The notes beneath the pieces were generated by a model. The model did not search any database. It was not told the DNA's origin and saw only the letters and a program-made list of their open reading frames with translations. The position numbers were made by a program, and so were the translations under genes. This document shows, piece by piece, positions 1-11,959 of a DNA stretch of 64,000 nt. How positions within the stretch are numbered: position 1 is the stretch's first letter; each line of letters begins with the position of its first letter. The stretch is from Heptranchias perlo. Lineage: Eukaryota. The stretch spans positions 38,440,001 to 38,504,000 of the forward strand of contig NC_090348.1 in NCBI RefSeq assembly GCF_035084215.1, given 5' to 3'.

Positions 1-106
1 AAACAAGAAGGCTCATTGCTAAAACATTCACCAGCAGATTCGTTGCCACACCATGAAGTAGGGTGATTGGAACTGCATGTTTACCAAGAACTGATTCATT
101 TGACGG

Positions 107-573
107 AAAGAAAGAGGCTTGCATTTGTATAGTGCCTCTCATGACCTCTGGAAGTCACAAAGCACTTTACAGCCAATGAAGTACTTTTTGAAGTGTAGTC
201 ACTGACGTAATGTAGGAAAGGCAGCAGCCAATTTGCAAACAAGGTCCCACAAACAGCAATGAAATAAATGACCAGATAATCTGGTTTTTTTTTAGTGATG
301 TTGGTTGAGGGATAAATATTGGCCAGGACTCCGGGGAGAACTCATCTGCTCTTCTTCGAATAGTGTTACGGGATCTTTTACGTCCACCTGAGGGGGCAGA
401 TTGGGGCCTCGGTTTAATGTCTCATCCGAAAGACAGCACCTCTAACAGTGCAGCACTCCCTTAGTACTGCGTACTGCACTGGAGTGACAGCCTAGATTTT
501 ATGCTCAAGTCTCTGGAGTGGGGCTTGAGCCCTCAACATTCTGACTCAGGAGAGAGTGCTACCAACTGAGCCA
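107..573 (-). mobile_element. Full-length tRNA-derived Deu-domain SINE (SacSINE1/AmnSINE1-like)
   Basis: The minus strand starts TGGCTCAGTTGG (A-box) with a B-box-like GGCTCAAGCCC. It carries the Deu core (GGGAGTGCTGCACTGTTAGAGGTGCTGTCTTTCGGATGAGACATTAAACCGAGGCCCC) and ends in an L2-like tail, CACTATACAAATGCAAG plus (CTTT)n. Confidence 0.85.
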
Positions 574-854
574 ATTTGTGAATCAAATTCTGAGTTGATT
601 GCAGTACAATACAGTACGTGGGGCTTTAGGCAAGTCGTGAAGTCTATTGTAAGATTCTTCTGATCCAGCAGCAGTCTCAAATCACTGTACAGCTCTGCAA
701 CACAGTAATAATTTTATGACATGATATATGCAAGATATGGATATTTTCCCATATTGCTCAGCAGAATAAAACATCATATTGCTGATGCTGTAGTTGCATG
801 ACCCATTATTATAACAGCTAGTGTAATGTAGCATGCACATTGGGACGATATATT

Positions 855-1743
855 AATCATAGAATCATAGAATCATAGAAGTTACAACATGGAAACAGGC
901 CCTTCGGCCCAACATGTCCATGTCGCCCAGTTTATACCACTAAGCTAGTCCCAATTGCCTGCACTTGGCCCATATCCCTCGATACCCATCTTACCCATGT
1001 AACTGTCCAAATGCTTTTTAAAAGACAAAATTGTACCCGCCTCTACTACTGCCTCTGGCAGCTCGTTCCAGACACTCACCACCCTTTGAGTGAAAAAATT
1101 GCCCCTCTGGATCCTTTTGTATCTCTCCCCTCTCACCTTAAATCTGTGCCCCCTCGTTATAGACTCCCCTACCTTTGGGAAAAGATTTTGACTATCGACC
1201 TTATCTATGCCCCTCATTATTTTATAGACTTCTATAAGATCACCCCTTAACCTCCTACTCTCCAGGGAAAAAAGTCCCAGTCTGTCTAACCTCTCCCTGT
1301 AAGTCAAACCATCAAGTCCCGGTAGCATCCTAGTAAATCTTTTCTGCACTCTTTCTAGTTTAATAATATCCTTTCTATAATAGGGTGACCAGAACTGTAC
1401 ACAGTACTCCAAGTGTGGCCTCACCAATGCCCTGTACAACTTCAACAAGACATCCCAACTCCTGCATTCAATGTTCTGACCAATGAAACCAAGCATGCTG
1501 AATGCCTTCTTCACCACCCTATCCACCTGTGACTCCACTTTCAAGGAGCTATGAACCTGTACTCCTAGATCTCTTTGTTCTATAACTCTCCCCAACGCCC
1601 TACCATTAACGGAGTAGGTCCTGGCCCGATTCGATCTACCAAAATGCATCACCTCACATTTATCTAAATTAAACTCCATCTGCCATTCATCGGCCCACTG
1701 GCCCAATTTATCAAGATCCCGTTGCAATCCTAGATAACCTTCT
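855..1743 (-). mobile_element. 5'-truncated CR1 LINE with an intact ORF2 C-terminus
   Basis: (AATCATAG)3 tail at 855-880. ORF 945..1817 has CR1 motifs WADEWQMEFNLDKCEVMHFG, LVRPHLEYCVQFWSP and FFTQRVVSVWNELP. The first ~25 aa of the ORF come from flanking DNA. Confidence 0.95.
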
Positions 1744-1947
1744 GTTGCTATGTGTACTAACACCATAAATACATTTGTGAAAATGTCCTCTGGCAGTTGT
1801 AGCCGACTCATAAGCATGTTCTTTTAGAACGTATTTGTGATTTTTATTGAATATTTAAAAAAATATATTTAAATTGCCCCATTTTTCTTTTTTCCCAAAT
1901 TGCACCATCGCAACAAAATCGCCTCAGAATTTTGTAAAACAGTATTT

Positions 1948-2900
1948 ATAGAATCATACAGCGCAGATGGAGGCCATTCGGCCCATCCTGCCTGCGCTGG
2001 CTTTTTGAAAGAGCTCTCCAATTTAGTCCCACACCCCAGCTTTTCCCCATAACCCTGCAAATTAGTCCTCTTCGAGTACATGTCCAATTGCCTTTCGAAA
2101 GTTCCTATGGAATCTGCTTCCACCACCCTTTCAGGTAGTGTGTTCCAAATCTTAACAACTCTGAAAAAATGTCTCCTAATTTCCCGTCTAGTTCTTTTGC
2201 CTATTAATTTAAATCTATCACCTCTGGTTACCGACCCACTTGCCAGAGGAAGCAGTTTCTCCCTACTTGCTCTACCAAAACCCCTCATAATTTTGAATAT
2301 CTCTATTAGGTCTTCCCTTAACCTTCTCTGCCTAAGGAGAACAATCCCAGCTTCTCCAATCTCCCCACATAACTGAAATCCCTCATCCCTGGTAACATCC
2401 TGGTAAACCTCCTCTGTACCCTGTCCAAGATATTGACATCCTTCCTAAAGTGTGGTGCCCAGAATTGTACGCAATACTCCAGCTAAGGCCTAACCAGTGA
2501 TTTGTAAAGATTTAACATGACTTCCTTGATTTTGTATTCAGTGCCCCTATTTTTAAAGCCAAATATACCTTACGCTTTCTTAACCGACTTACCAACTCGC
2601 CCTGCCACCTTAAAAGGTTTGTGAATATGCACCCACCCCGGTCTCTCTGCTCTTGCACCCCTCTCAAAATAGTCCCACTTAGATTATACTGGCTCTCCAT
2701 GTTGTTCCTCCCAAAGTGCATCACTTCACACTTATCCACATTAAATTACATCTGCCATGTGTCTGCCCATTTCACCAGTCTGTCTATGTCCTCCTGAAGT
2801 CTGCTACTATCCCGCTCACTATTTATTACGTTGCCAAGTTGTGTATCATCCGCAAACTTCGAAATTGTACTCCCTATACCCAAGTCCTGGTTATTTATAC
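1948..2900 (-). mobile_element. 5'-truncated, frameshifted CR1 LINE
   Basis: ORF fragments DKCEVMHFGRNN (2512..2739) and TRGDRFKLIGKR...WNTLPERVVEA (1869..2288), plus the CR1 3' UTR GGAGGCCATTCGGCCCATC. Confidence 0.92.
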
Positions 2901-2984
2901 ATAACATTTTTCTGAGCTCACTTGGAGCCAGTAATACATGACATGGTTTTTGATGTTGCCTGAACCCCTCAATGTATCACTGTA

Positions 2985-3078
2985 ATTCCTACATTACAAC
3001 AGTGACTACACTCAAATAGTATTTCATTGGCTGTAAAGTGCTTTGGGACATCCTGAATTCATGCAAGTCCTCCTTCTT
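2985..3078 (+). mobile_element. Deu-SINE 3' fragment
   Basis: CCTACATTACAACAGTGACTACAC...CATTGGCTGTAAAGTGCTTTGGGACATCCTGA matches the 3' part of the other SINE copies. Confidence 0.75.
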
Positions 3079-3708
3079 ACTACCGAGTAACATGTCTGAT
3101 TATCATTCCCCCATAGCAGCCTGTCTCTTTGGAATTACAAAGATTTTGGGGTGTTTTTTTTTTGCTAGTTTCATTTAAGTGATTGAGTCTTTCTTTTGTA
3201 ATTTCAGAGAGTTCTTTTAAGCCCGATTTTTCTGAGAAAAATTAATTGTAACATTATAGTGCCTTAATACCCAGAGATAAAGTTCCTGTAGTGCAAACTG
3301 GTGCCTGATAGAACTGAAAGATAAAACTGTTAACCACACATTGGCGTTATCGTGTGGATCACTGCGCATTTCCACACATGGTAATACTGACTAACAGAGT
3401 AAACTAAAAAACAAACAGCATTGGCTTTTTTTTTTGCAAACTACTAGCTTTTCCTGCCAACACTCTTTGATTTTCCATTCCGCAACCTCTGCCCGGCTTT
3501 TCAAATGTTTTCTCAGTATTAAGTATCTGATATTTCCCATTAAATCGCACTTGGGCTAAGATTTTTTTTGTGGTTATAAGCTGAAAATGGATAGAATTGA
3601 TGCTAAAGATTTTGAGAATTTTTTTTTTTCGGTCAGCAAGTTCTCTGATACATGCAGGAACCCATAAGAATCTCCAAACCTAACTACTGAGAAATCCATG
3701 GCAGTAGA

Positions 3709-4220
3709 CTTGCCCCCTCTGGCCTCAACATTGACTTTAATAGTGTCAGACCTTCACTAAGACTCCTATTTTCTCTCTACCCATGTGCCAGGGATGGTGG
3801 GAGGGGGTGGGTTGGCACTTAGGGTGGGCACCCCCTGTCAGAACACTATCGGTGGGGTGGTCGGCGCCCTCGGTGTCGACCTGCTTCCTTTCATTGTTCT
3901 TCTTCCAGACTCCTGGGCCATGGAGCCTGCTGGTTTCTCAAGCTTCTCTTTCTACCTATCCCCCTTTAGCTATTCATGCGCTCTCTGTATCTCGTATAAG
4001 TCTTTGATTTCTCTCATTTCATCTTGTACAAATATCACGTCTGCCATTTCATCTTTTTTTTCCCTTCCCTCTTTCTCTAGTTGTGTTCCTTTTCAAACGC
4101 TGCTCATCTGAAATATCTCCTAGTCTTGAGGAAGGACCAAAGGTCTAAAACATCGACTGCTGTTCTTCCACAATGCTGTCTGACCAGCTGAGTATTTCCA
4201 GCATTTTCTGTTTTTATTTT
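3709..4220 (+). mobile_element. Penelope-like element 3' remnant (family A) with a 7-bp TSD
   Basis: It begins with LAPSGLNIDFN, resembling a PLE GIY-YIG C-terminus, then a pyrimidine-rich UTR, a degenerate hammerhead and the terminus CTGAGTATTTCCAGCATTTTCTGTTTTTATTTT. It is flanked by CAGTAGA at 3702-3708 and 4221-4227. Confidence 0.75.
4122..4158 (+). ncRNA. Degenerate minimal type I hammerhead ribozyme motif
   Basis: AGTC-tTGAGGA-A-GGACC AAA GGTCT-aAAA-CATC-GACT. Stems I and II remain, but core positions are altered, largely in a pattern consistent with CpG decay. Confidence 0.5.
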
Positions 4221-4639
4221 CAGTAGATTTTCCGCTGGCCTGATATGCAGTGCGCACACTCTCCCTGTAAGGACACACTCCACCTACCTAAACCCAGGCA
4301 AGTTTGGTATGGGTTGTCAGAAGGTGAGGCATAGGGACTCCCAAGTCAGCCTCGGGATACTGCTCGAGCTTAAACAATTAACTAGCTTACTAGCACAGAG
4401 TGGTGGTAAACATCCAGCTAAAATCACCTTTCCTATTAGGGCATTGGTTTTCAGAGTTATGAAGAGCTGATTGGGATCAATTTGAGCCCCAGGGACAGGT
4501 CTATCCCTCCAGTTCCTATCAATGAGCCAGGCTGGATGATCAATCAGCAAAAGCATCTTTGAGTACCGTGGACCTGCCTGGCTCAGTCTCAGATTATCAA
4601 ATCTGCCACAGAGGTCTGTTCCAATGTCCAATTGCCAAA

Positions 4640-5197
4640 CTTTCTGTCGCATTATCGCCCCATTTCTCAGTGAGAATGGGATGGCATCAAGATGAAAACT
4701 TTTTTAAAAACTCGCCACAGATTTCCTGCTCAAGGCCTGCCTGATACAATTTTCAAGCGGACCTCAATTTAGGCAGCCAGAGCTCCCGCCAGAAACAGAC
4801 AGGAGCCTAATGGATATATTTAAATTAAGGTCCTAAGATACGATTAGAGCCCTTCAGCTGAATAATCCCTGCTCCCCTGCACCAACTCTCAAATATACTC
4901 CACCTGCCCAAAGACTAACATTGACATTCATGTAAATTAACATTGCGGGGTTACCAGTCACCACAGGAATACTCTCTGCACACAAAGATTTCAAAAAGGA
5001 TTCTAATTGCCATGGCTGATAACAATTCCTAATTCTAATCATCACCCTGTGGAGAGCCTTATTTTCCTGACTAATGTGCTCTTTTACCTAGTCTAGTCCT
5101 TCTACAAAGTGCTCTCCCAGTGGCTGCAGCATGGGAGGTAAAGCAGATATCCAGCTCATCATCCACCCAATCTGCGCTCAATAACAAAATTGACCCC
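4640..5197. mobile_element. Degraded GC-rich MITE/DNA-transposon-like remnant
   Basis: It ends in AAAATTGACCCC, the terminal motif class shared with other inverted-repeat elements in the window. The left boundary is uncertain. Confidence 0.35.
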
Positions 5198-5599
5198 AAT
5201 GTCTTGGAGTTAATAAGGCCCTGCTTTCCTCCCCTCCAAGAAGGATAGCTTCAGAGTCACTTGTGAAGGTAAATTCACCGACATGGTCCCTTTGGAAGCT
5301 GCACTCAAAGGAAGCACATTTGATTGTTTCTCCGATACTGCAATCCCTGCTGGGAGTATGGTACCAGTGAATTTACCCTGTGATGCTCTCTTGAAGAAGT
5401 TCTTCTTACAATGGAGTCAAGATCAGGATTGAAGTAAAACTAATAGATAATCTGAAATGCTTCCACCTCAGCTATAGGTCACAGGGAAGGTCACATTCTC
5501 CTTATTCTGCAGTCGTTGGGATTTACGAGGGAATGCTAAACACGCATCAAATCAAAATAATCTAGACCAGTAGTATCTGATGTTTTCATGGACACAGCT

Positions 5600-6205
5600 G
5601 TGGATCTGTAGAAAACATGTTTTGTTTGGATTCTAGGCCTTAAGGGACTAAGTTATGAAGAAAAACTCCAGCGACTAACTTTATTTTTGCTGATAAAAAG
5701 ACTGAGGAACACATGATGCAGGTGTTTAAAGTATGGAAAGGTGTAGTTAAGGTTGAAGGGAGGGTGATATTTAACTTGGATAAAGTGGAGGATTATGTTA
5801 TAATTGGATAGCCATGTGGTGAAGGACAGAATACTAGAGCCTGGTCTTTAGTTGTTTCCAAGCCTTTATTCATAGAAATTCCCCTTACACACACACACAC
5901 ACACCACACCCTAGATAAGCTCTCCTATAAAAAGGATACAAGAGAGTCCCCAATTGATACCCACAACCTGAATACAATTAACACTCATTGATATAAATCA
6001 TACAATTAACAGATTAGATGACATAAATGCAAAATTCACAAGCCTCAAAGATATCTATTGAGAAGAAGGATTGAAGGTTATAGAAATATTAATAGCACTG
6101 TTTGAGTTTTTTCAAGGATGGAACTCAGTATTTCACAAATGGACTCCAGTTGGAGTGGGATTGTTGGGCCAAATAGCCTTTTCTTACTCTGGGCTTTCTT
6201 ATGTT
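5600..6205 (+). mobile_element. Old, interrupted CR1 3' remnant
   Basis: GLSYEEKL-like coding remnant near 5640 and a CR1-type tail TGGGCCAAATAGCCTTTTC...TTCTTATGTTC near 6165-6206. Confidence 0.55.
5887..5908. repeat. (CA)n microsatellite
   Basis: ACACACACACACACACACCACA. Confidence 0.9.
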
Positions 6206-6844
6206 CATTCAAGGGTAAATTCAGTGATCCCGTACAGGTCAGAGATATGGAACTGATTCTTCAATCGGTGTTCCCTTCAAGAGCGACTGCCTGCTGAGAG
6301 CACTGGATCAGTGAATTCATCCTCTGGTTTGTAGAAGTTAGTTACAATTTTCTTGCACAAAACTGCCTCCTTTTAAAAATATAAACTGACCTGGTGGAGC
6401 TTATGAGGGAGACAAATATCCTGTAATGCTCAGAGTGCAGCAACATCTCACCCATGTTTCTAGCAATATCAGCTAATATCCTTTACTATCATTCACCTAT
6501 TTTTGAATCTGAATATACATTTATTTCTATTTTAACGTGTTGTCTGGTCAATGCTGAACTGAACAGGTGCTATGAACATCGGAAAACACTGAATGAGAAA
6601 AAAATGTTAGCTCCTTTTCCTGCTTGTATACAATCATGGACCAAATCCAATATATTTACTTTTGTAAGAGATAGTTATGCAAATGTTTTCCCTGAACTTT
6701 GAAGGCATTTGAGCAAAACTCCACAACATTTATTTAACCTTACAACTAACATTTTTCAACCCTGACTAGTTGCTTTCCACAGATAGAATTTCCATGCACA
6801 GGCACAGACATTAGTAGCAATATAGACACCAACATCCATCATGT

Positions 6845-7830
6845 TCATAGGGTATCTGACAATCTATGTACATACATACCCTGATAATCTTCAATCTCAT
6901 TCATAAGCAGATATACATCCAGCTCTATTTTTAATGCAGCATTAGCTGATTTTGCTGAGAGTCTACTCCGTGTATCTATTATTCTCCGGAAAAAGATTCT
7001 TCCAAATGCTACTTGTTCTTGAAGCCCGTCAACTTCATACTCAGATCTTAGTTTTGAGTTCATTGACCAAGTTAAACAACCTTCTAACTTCTATATTATT
7101 CATTCCTCTGTGCACTTTAAAGATCTGGATCCTGTTCCCTCTTGGTCTTCTTTTTCTCAGTGGAAACCAGTTCAGATCTGTGAATCCTCCTCATAACTTA
7201 GGGGTTTCATTTCTTCTGGTTGAGCACTGGTTAACCAGTAAGGAAAGAGCAGGGGAGCGGGACTAAATGGATAGCTCTTTCAAAGGGCCACCATAGGCAC
7301 GATGGGCTGAATGGCCTCCTCCTGTAGTCTACCTACCATGATACAGTGATGACTGCATTAAATAGCGTACAAAGGACTTTTGTATAAATGTGTTAGTCAG
7401 TGTATTATCAGAATAAATTTAACTCAGCAGAGTTTTAAGTTCTGGATTCATCTTTATTAACGACCCCATTAATATTTTTTTGAGGAAGGAATTTCAAAAC
7501 TACATACAATATTCTAACTATGGCTTCACTGACACAAAACTAAAATAACTTGTTTCATTTAAAATCAAATGCTCTTGAGATGCATTCCAAAACACATTTA
7601 TGATTCATGATAGTAGCTTCACATTAATCCAGGAAAGGTTCCTGTGAAACTTCATTAGTAACTATTTTTCAGCTTTACCTGTTTATCTTCAGCTTCTGAT
7701 ATGTTGCCAAGCCAGTTGTCAATTCAGCTAGCTAATTTTCCATTAATGCCATAGGCCTCAATCTTCTTTAAAAGCCTTACATGTGGAACTTTCTCAAATT
7801 TCTTGTGGAAATCCAAGTAATTTGTGCCCA
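6845..7830 (-). mobile_element. Old, fragmented CR1 remnants; a + strand CR1 3' tail lies at ~7240-7345
   Basis: Minus-strand ALKIELDVYL and DFHKKFEKVPHVRLLKKIEAYGINGK (degenerate KAFDKVPH motif). The + strand tail reads GGCACGATGGGCTGAATGGCCTCCT. Confidence 0.6.
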
Positions 7831-8583
7831 CTTTTCTAGCAGTGCCTTGTTAGAAATACAAAATTGAACGCATGCTTACTAGCCAGCACAGAAAATTTAT
7901 CCAGTAGACTGTTAATCAAAATGGAGACAAAATAGTCCAGTTAACTATTGTGGAAAATCAAAGCATACCCAATACATCACTATGTTAATGACCTTTCACA
8001 TCCATTGCACCAAAGCTGTCTTTTCTAAGTATCCCTCCCCCACGTTAGCTAACATTAAGAAAAAGACCAAGCCCTTTGGAGCAACTTGAAAAAATGGTAT
8101 CACACGATATCACGCAAGTGGCCGCAAACAGGAGAATTCTTCTACTTCTTGTGCACTGTTCCATATTCTTAAAAGATCAGGTACATCCAAATCAGAATGG
8201 TTGAATTAGCCCAGAATTTATAGTTTCAATTTGTACATATTTAGAGCAATTAAGATGAATTTGCACAGGCTTTCCATCCTGGTTAGAAAATGGTGTTAGT
8301 TAAATTATTTTCCTATCAATCATAGCACTTTGTTCGTCTGTGTGGAGTATTGCCCTGAATTAATGCAGGCTCGTAGTCAAATGGTCATGATCATGGCATT
8401 TTTGCTTCATCTCCTATTGCTAAATTGGTCCACAGTGGGCCTATGTGTTGTTATTTTTTGCCATCATCTAAAATGGTAATATATAACAAATACAAGATAC
8501 AAGAAGCTGGTACTGGGCATTTATCTTAGTTAATTGGAACTCCTTCATCCTATTGAAGGAAATACTACACATACGGTTCTTGA

Positions 8584-10092
8584 TTTTTTTTTACTCGTTC
8601 ACGGGATGTGGGCGTCGCTGGCGAGGCCAGCATTTATTGCCCATCCCTAATTGCCCTCGAGAAGGTGGCGGTGAGCCGCCTTCTTGAACCGCTGCAGTCC
8701 GTGTGGTGACAGTTCTCCCACAGTGCTGTTAGGAAGGGAGTTCCAGGATTTTGACCCAGCGACGATGAAGGAACGGCGATATATTTCCAAGTCGGGATGG
8801 TGTGTGACTTGGAGGGGAACGTGCAGGTGGTGTTGTTCCCATGTACCTGCTGCTCTTGTCCTTCTAGGTGGTAGAAGTCGCGGGTTTGGGAGGTGCTGTC
8901 TAAGAAGCCTTGACGAGTTGCTGCAGTGCATCCTGTGGATGGTACACACTGCAGCCACAGTGCGCCGGTGGTGAAGGGAGTGAATGTTTAGGGTGATGGA
9001 TGAGGTGCCAATCAAGCGGGCTGCTTTATCTTGGATGGTGTCGAGCTTCTTGAGTGTTGTTGGAGCTGCACTCATCCAGGCAAGTGGAGAGTATTCCATC
9101 ACACTCCTGACTTGTGCCTTGTAGATGGTGGAAAGGCTTTGGGGAGTCAGGAGGTGAGTCACTCGCCGCAGAACACCCAGCCTCTGACCTGCTCTCGTAG
9201 CCACAGTATTTATATGGCTGGTCCAGTTCAGTTTCTGGTCAATGGTGACCCCCAGGATGTTGATGGTGGGGGATTCGGCGATGGTAATGCCGTTGAATGT
9301 CAAGGGGAGGTGGTTAGACTTTCTCTTGTTGGAGATGGTCATTGCCTGGCACTTATCTGGCGCGAATGTTACTTGCCACTTATGAGCCCAAGCCTGGATG
9401 TTGTCCAGGTCTTGCTGCATGCGGGCTCGGACTGCTTCATTATCTGAGGGGTTGCGAATGGAACTGAACACTGTGCAGTCATCAGCGAACATCCCCATTT
9501 CTGACCTTATGATGGAGGGAAGGTCATTGATGAAGCAGCTGAAGATGGTTGGGCCTAGGACACTGCCCTGAGGAACTCCTGCAGCAATGCCCTGGGGCTG
9601 AGATGATTGGCCTCCAACAACCACTATCATCTTCCTTTGTGCTAGGTATGACTCCAGCCACTGGAGAGTTTTCCCCCTGATTCCCATGGACTTCAATTTT
9701 ACTAGGGCTCCTTGGTGCCACACTCGGTCAAATGCTGCCTTGATGTCAAGGGCAGTCACTCTCACCTCACCTCTGGAATTCAGCTCTTTTGTCCATGTTT
9801 GGACCAAGGCTGTAATGAGGTCTGGAGCCGAGTGGTCCTGGCGGAACCCAAATTGAGCATCGGTGAGCAGGTTATTGGTGAGTAAGTGCCGCTTGATAGC
9901 ACTGTCGACGACACCTTCCATCACTTTGCTGATGATTGAGAGTAGACTGATGGGGTGGTAATTGGCCGGATTGGATTTGTCCTGCTTTTTGTGGACAGGA
10001 CATACCTGGGCAATTTTCCACATTGTCGGGTAGATGCCAGTGTTGTAGCTGTACTGGAACAGCTTGGCTAGAGGCGCAGCTAGTTCTGGAGC
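8584..10092 (-). mobile_element. 5'-truncated non-LTR retrotransposon (family B, CR1/jockey group, poly(A) tail) with an uninterrupted RT frame
   Basis: ORF 8647..10131 contains [43 protein letters not shown] and FADD. The 3' stem-loop GCTGGCCTCGCCAGC is followed by A9. Same family as 50288-53527. Confidence 0.95.
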
Positions 10093-10674
10093 CAATTGAA
10101 GTTGATCTATCTTTGTAATGTTTTTCTTCAAATATAATCTGATGTCTACATGGTAGTGCTTTTGTCATGGAAATGTAACTTAGTCAACTTAATTTGCAAG
10201 CATGCTTTGAGAGACGGTGGTACTACTGAGAGACAAATTAACCCATTTACATGCATTGAATAAGTTAATTTTAAAAATGGACTGGCATGTAGTAGCACCT
10301 TATCTTTCCAGTGTGTTTTTGCTTCAGCATATGTTTAAATTAGAGTGGTTACATTAAAGTTAGGTCGACATGGCTTCAAGTTGACTTATTTAACATGTGT
10401 AAACATGCTGAATGTGAGATAAAGACGATAGCTTTACTTCAGGCAATTGTTGAAAATATTGTATGCATTTTAGTATTTTAAACTGACTGAACTGTCGGGA
10501 CAGATTTCCTTTGAATTCTTAAATGTGACCAGCAAATTTTTAGGATTGAGGAAAGCCCATCAGGGCCAACAAGACTATCCCTTTCTGATGGATCTGAATA
10601 TAATTACTGCCTTCAGAACTCTCAACCACTTCTCTTCAGGAACATATCTAATTGCCTCATGAATCATTTATTTA

Positions 10675-10920
10675 TATAGAAGGATACGTTGATGGGGTTA
10701 TAGAATCATAGAATCATAGAAAATAGGAGCAAGAGTAGGCTATTTGGCCCTTCAGGCCTGCTCCGCCATTCAAAATTATCATGGCTGATCATCTAACTCA
10801 GTACCCTGTACCCGCTTTTTCCCTTAGATGAAGAGGGGTGGGAGGAGGCTCGTGTGGAGCATTAACACCAGCATGAACCAAATGGGCCGAATGGCCCGTT
10901 TCTTTGCTGTACATTCTATA
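10675..10920 (+). mobile_element. CR1 3' tail (+) interrupted by a second CR1 3' tail (-, ~10701-10823)
   Basis: GATGGGGTTA|TAGAATCATAGAATCATAG...CCC|TTAGATGAAGAGGGGTGGGAGG. The host tail matches 46030-46152. Confidence 0.75.
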
Positions 10921-11356
10921 TGACGCTTCAATGCCCTTCCCTGGTAATTCGTTCCACAAATTTATTCCAAATATTCACATTTAAAATATGAACAATGGGG
11001 AACATTTGCTTTTTTGTTCCTTTTTTTGCCTTTAATTGTGAATTTTACATCTATGCAGTTTGAATTTGAAGGTACACAGGTCCCTCCTGCAGGTGAGAAT
11101 GAATATTTCCAACAAGAAATATTATTCTTTTTTGACAAAAAAGGCTCGTTGCACACACGGGTGTCTTCCCACTAACTGCCAATATATGGCACACTTGAAA
11201 TTTCATATTTCCAAATAAAGCTGGAGAACTTCCCTCCACTGTATCTACACACCCAGGTAATGGCCAAAACTCCAGACAAACTGTATTCATGAATGCGCTC
11301 ATGAGTAATGTGTGGTGCACACAAGTTGAAATATGCATACACTCGACACTCTGGTG

Positions 11357-11487
11357 CTTGAAGGGAAAAAATTTGCAGGGCTATGGGGAAAAGGCAGGGG
11401 AATGGAACTAATTGGATCGCTCTTTCAAAGAGCCGGCACAGGCACGATGGGCCGAACGGCCTCCTCCTGTGCTGTACCTACTATGAC
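11357..11487 (+). mobile_element. CR1 3' tail fragment
   Basis: TTGCAGGGCTATGGGGAAAAGGCAGGGGAATGG...GGCACGATGGGCCGAACGGCCTCCTCCTGTGCTG. Confidence 0.85.
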
Positions 11488-11657
11488 ACTGTTTGCCATA
11501 TTAGACACTTAGGTGCCCGTTTTATGCCTGTAAAACGGGCGCGGTGTCAACAAATTTCTAGACCAATGTGCTTTTTTGCTACTCCACTTAGCAGAAGGAG
11601 AATACTCATTAGGCCTAAATTGGAGGGAACTTTTCTCCTTCTGCTCTGAGAACAGAA

Positions 11658-11790
11658 TGGAGGCTTCCTCCTTCCTCAGGTGAATGAGGAAATTTCCACA
11701 TTCACCTGAGGAAGGAGGAAGCCTCCAAAAGCTTGTGAATTTCAAATAAAATTGTTGGACTATAACTAGGTGTTGTAAAATTGTTTACAA
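11658..11790 (+). mobile_element. 133-bp Penelope-like terminal-repeat insertion (family B) with a 5' inverted segment, hammerhead motif and 12-bp TSD
   Basis: TSD CTGAGAACAGAA at 11646-11657 and 11791-11802. Segment 11658-11686 is the reverse complement of 11699-11727. The terminus GTGTTGTAAAATTGTTTACAA is shared with 18800 and 48986. Confidence 0.85.
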
Positions 11791-11959
11791 CTGAGAACAG
11801 AAAGCAGAGGTGACTATCTTTAATGACTGTTCTAATAACAGAGAGAACAACCTCATCTTTTGAACCTGCTGTGTCATGAGTCCAATCACGAAGATCGAGC
11901 ACTCTCTATTTAACTTAATATGAACGACAATGGTCGGAGAGTAATGTGTTTTCCTCATT

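Noticed and set aside
8684-9447. Antisense and alternate-frame ORFs over LINEs (also 52545..53426 and 54134..55394)
   Set aside because: They are shadow frames of retrotransposon ORF2 with no independent evidence.
8647-10131. 494-aa ORF as a domesticated host RT gene
   Set aside because: The first ~13 aa come from flanking DNA, and the rest closely matches another dispersed copy with a retained 3' tail. It is simply a young truncated LINE.
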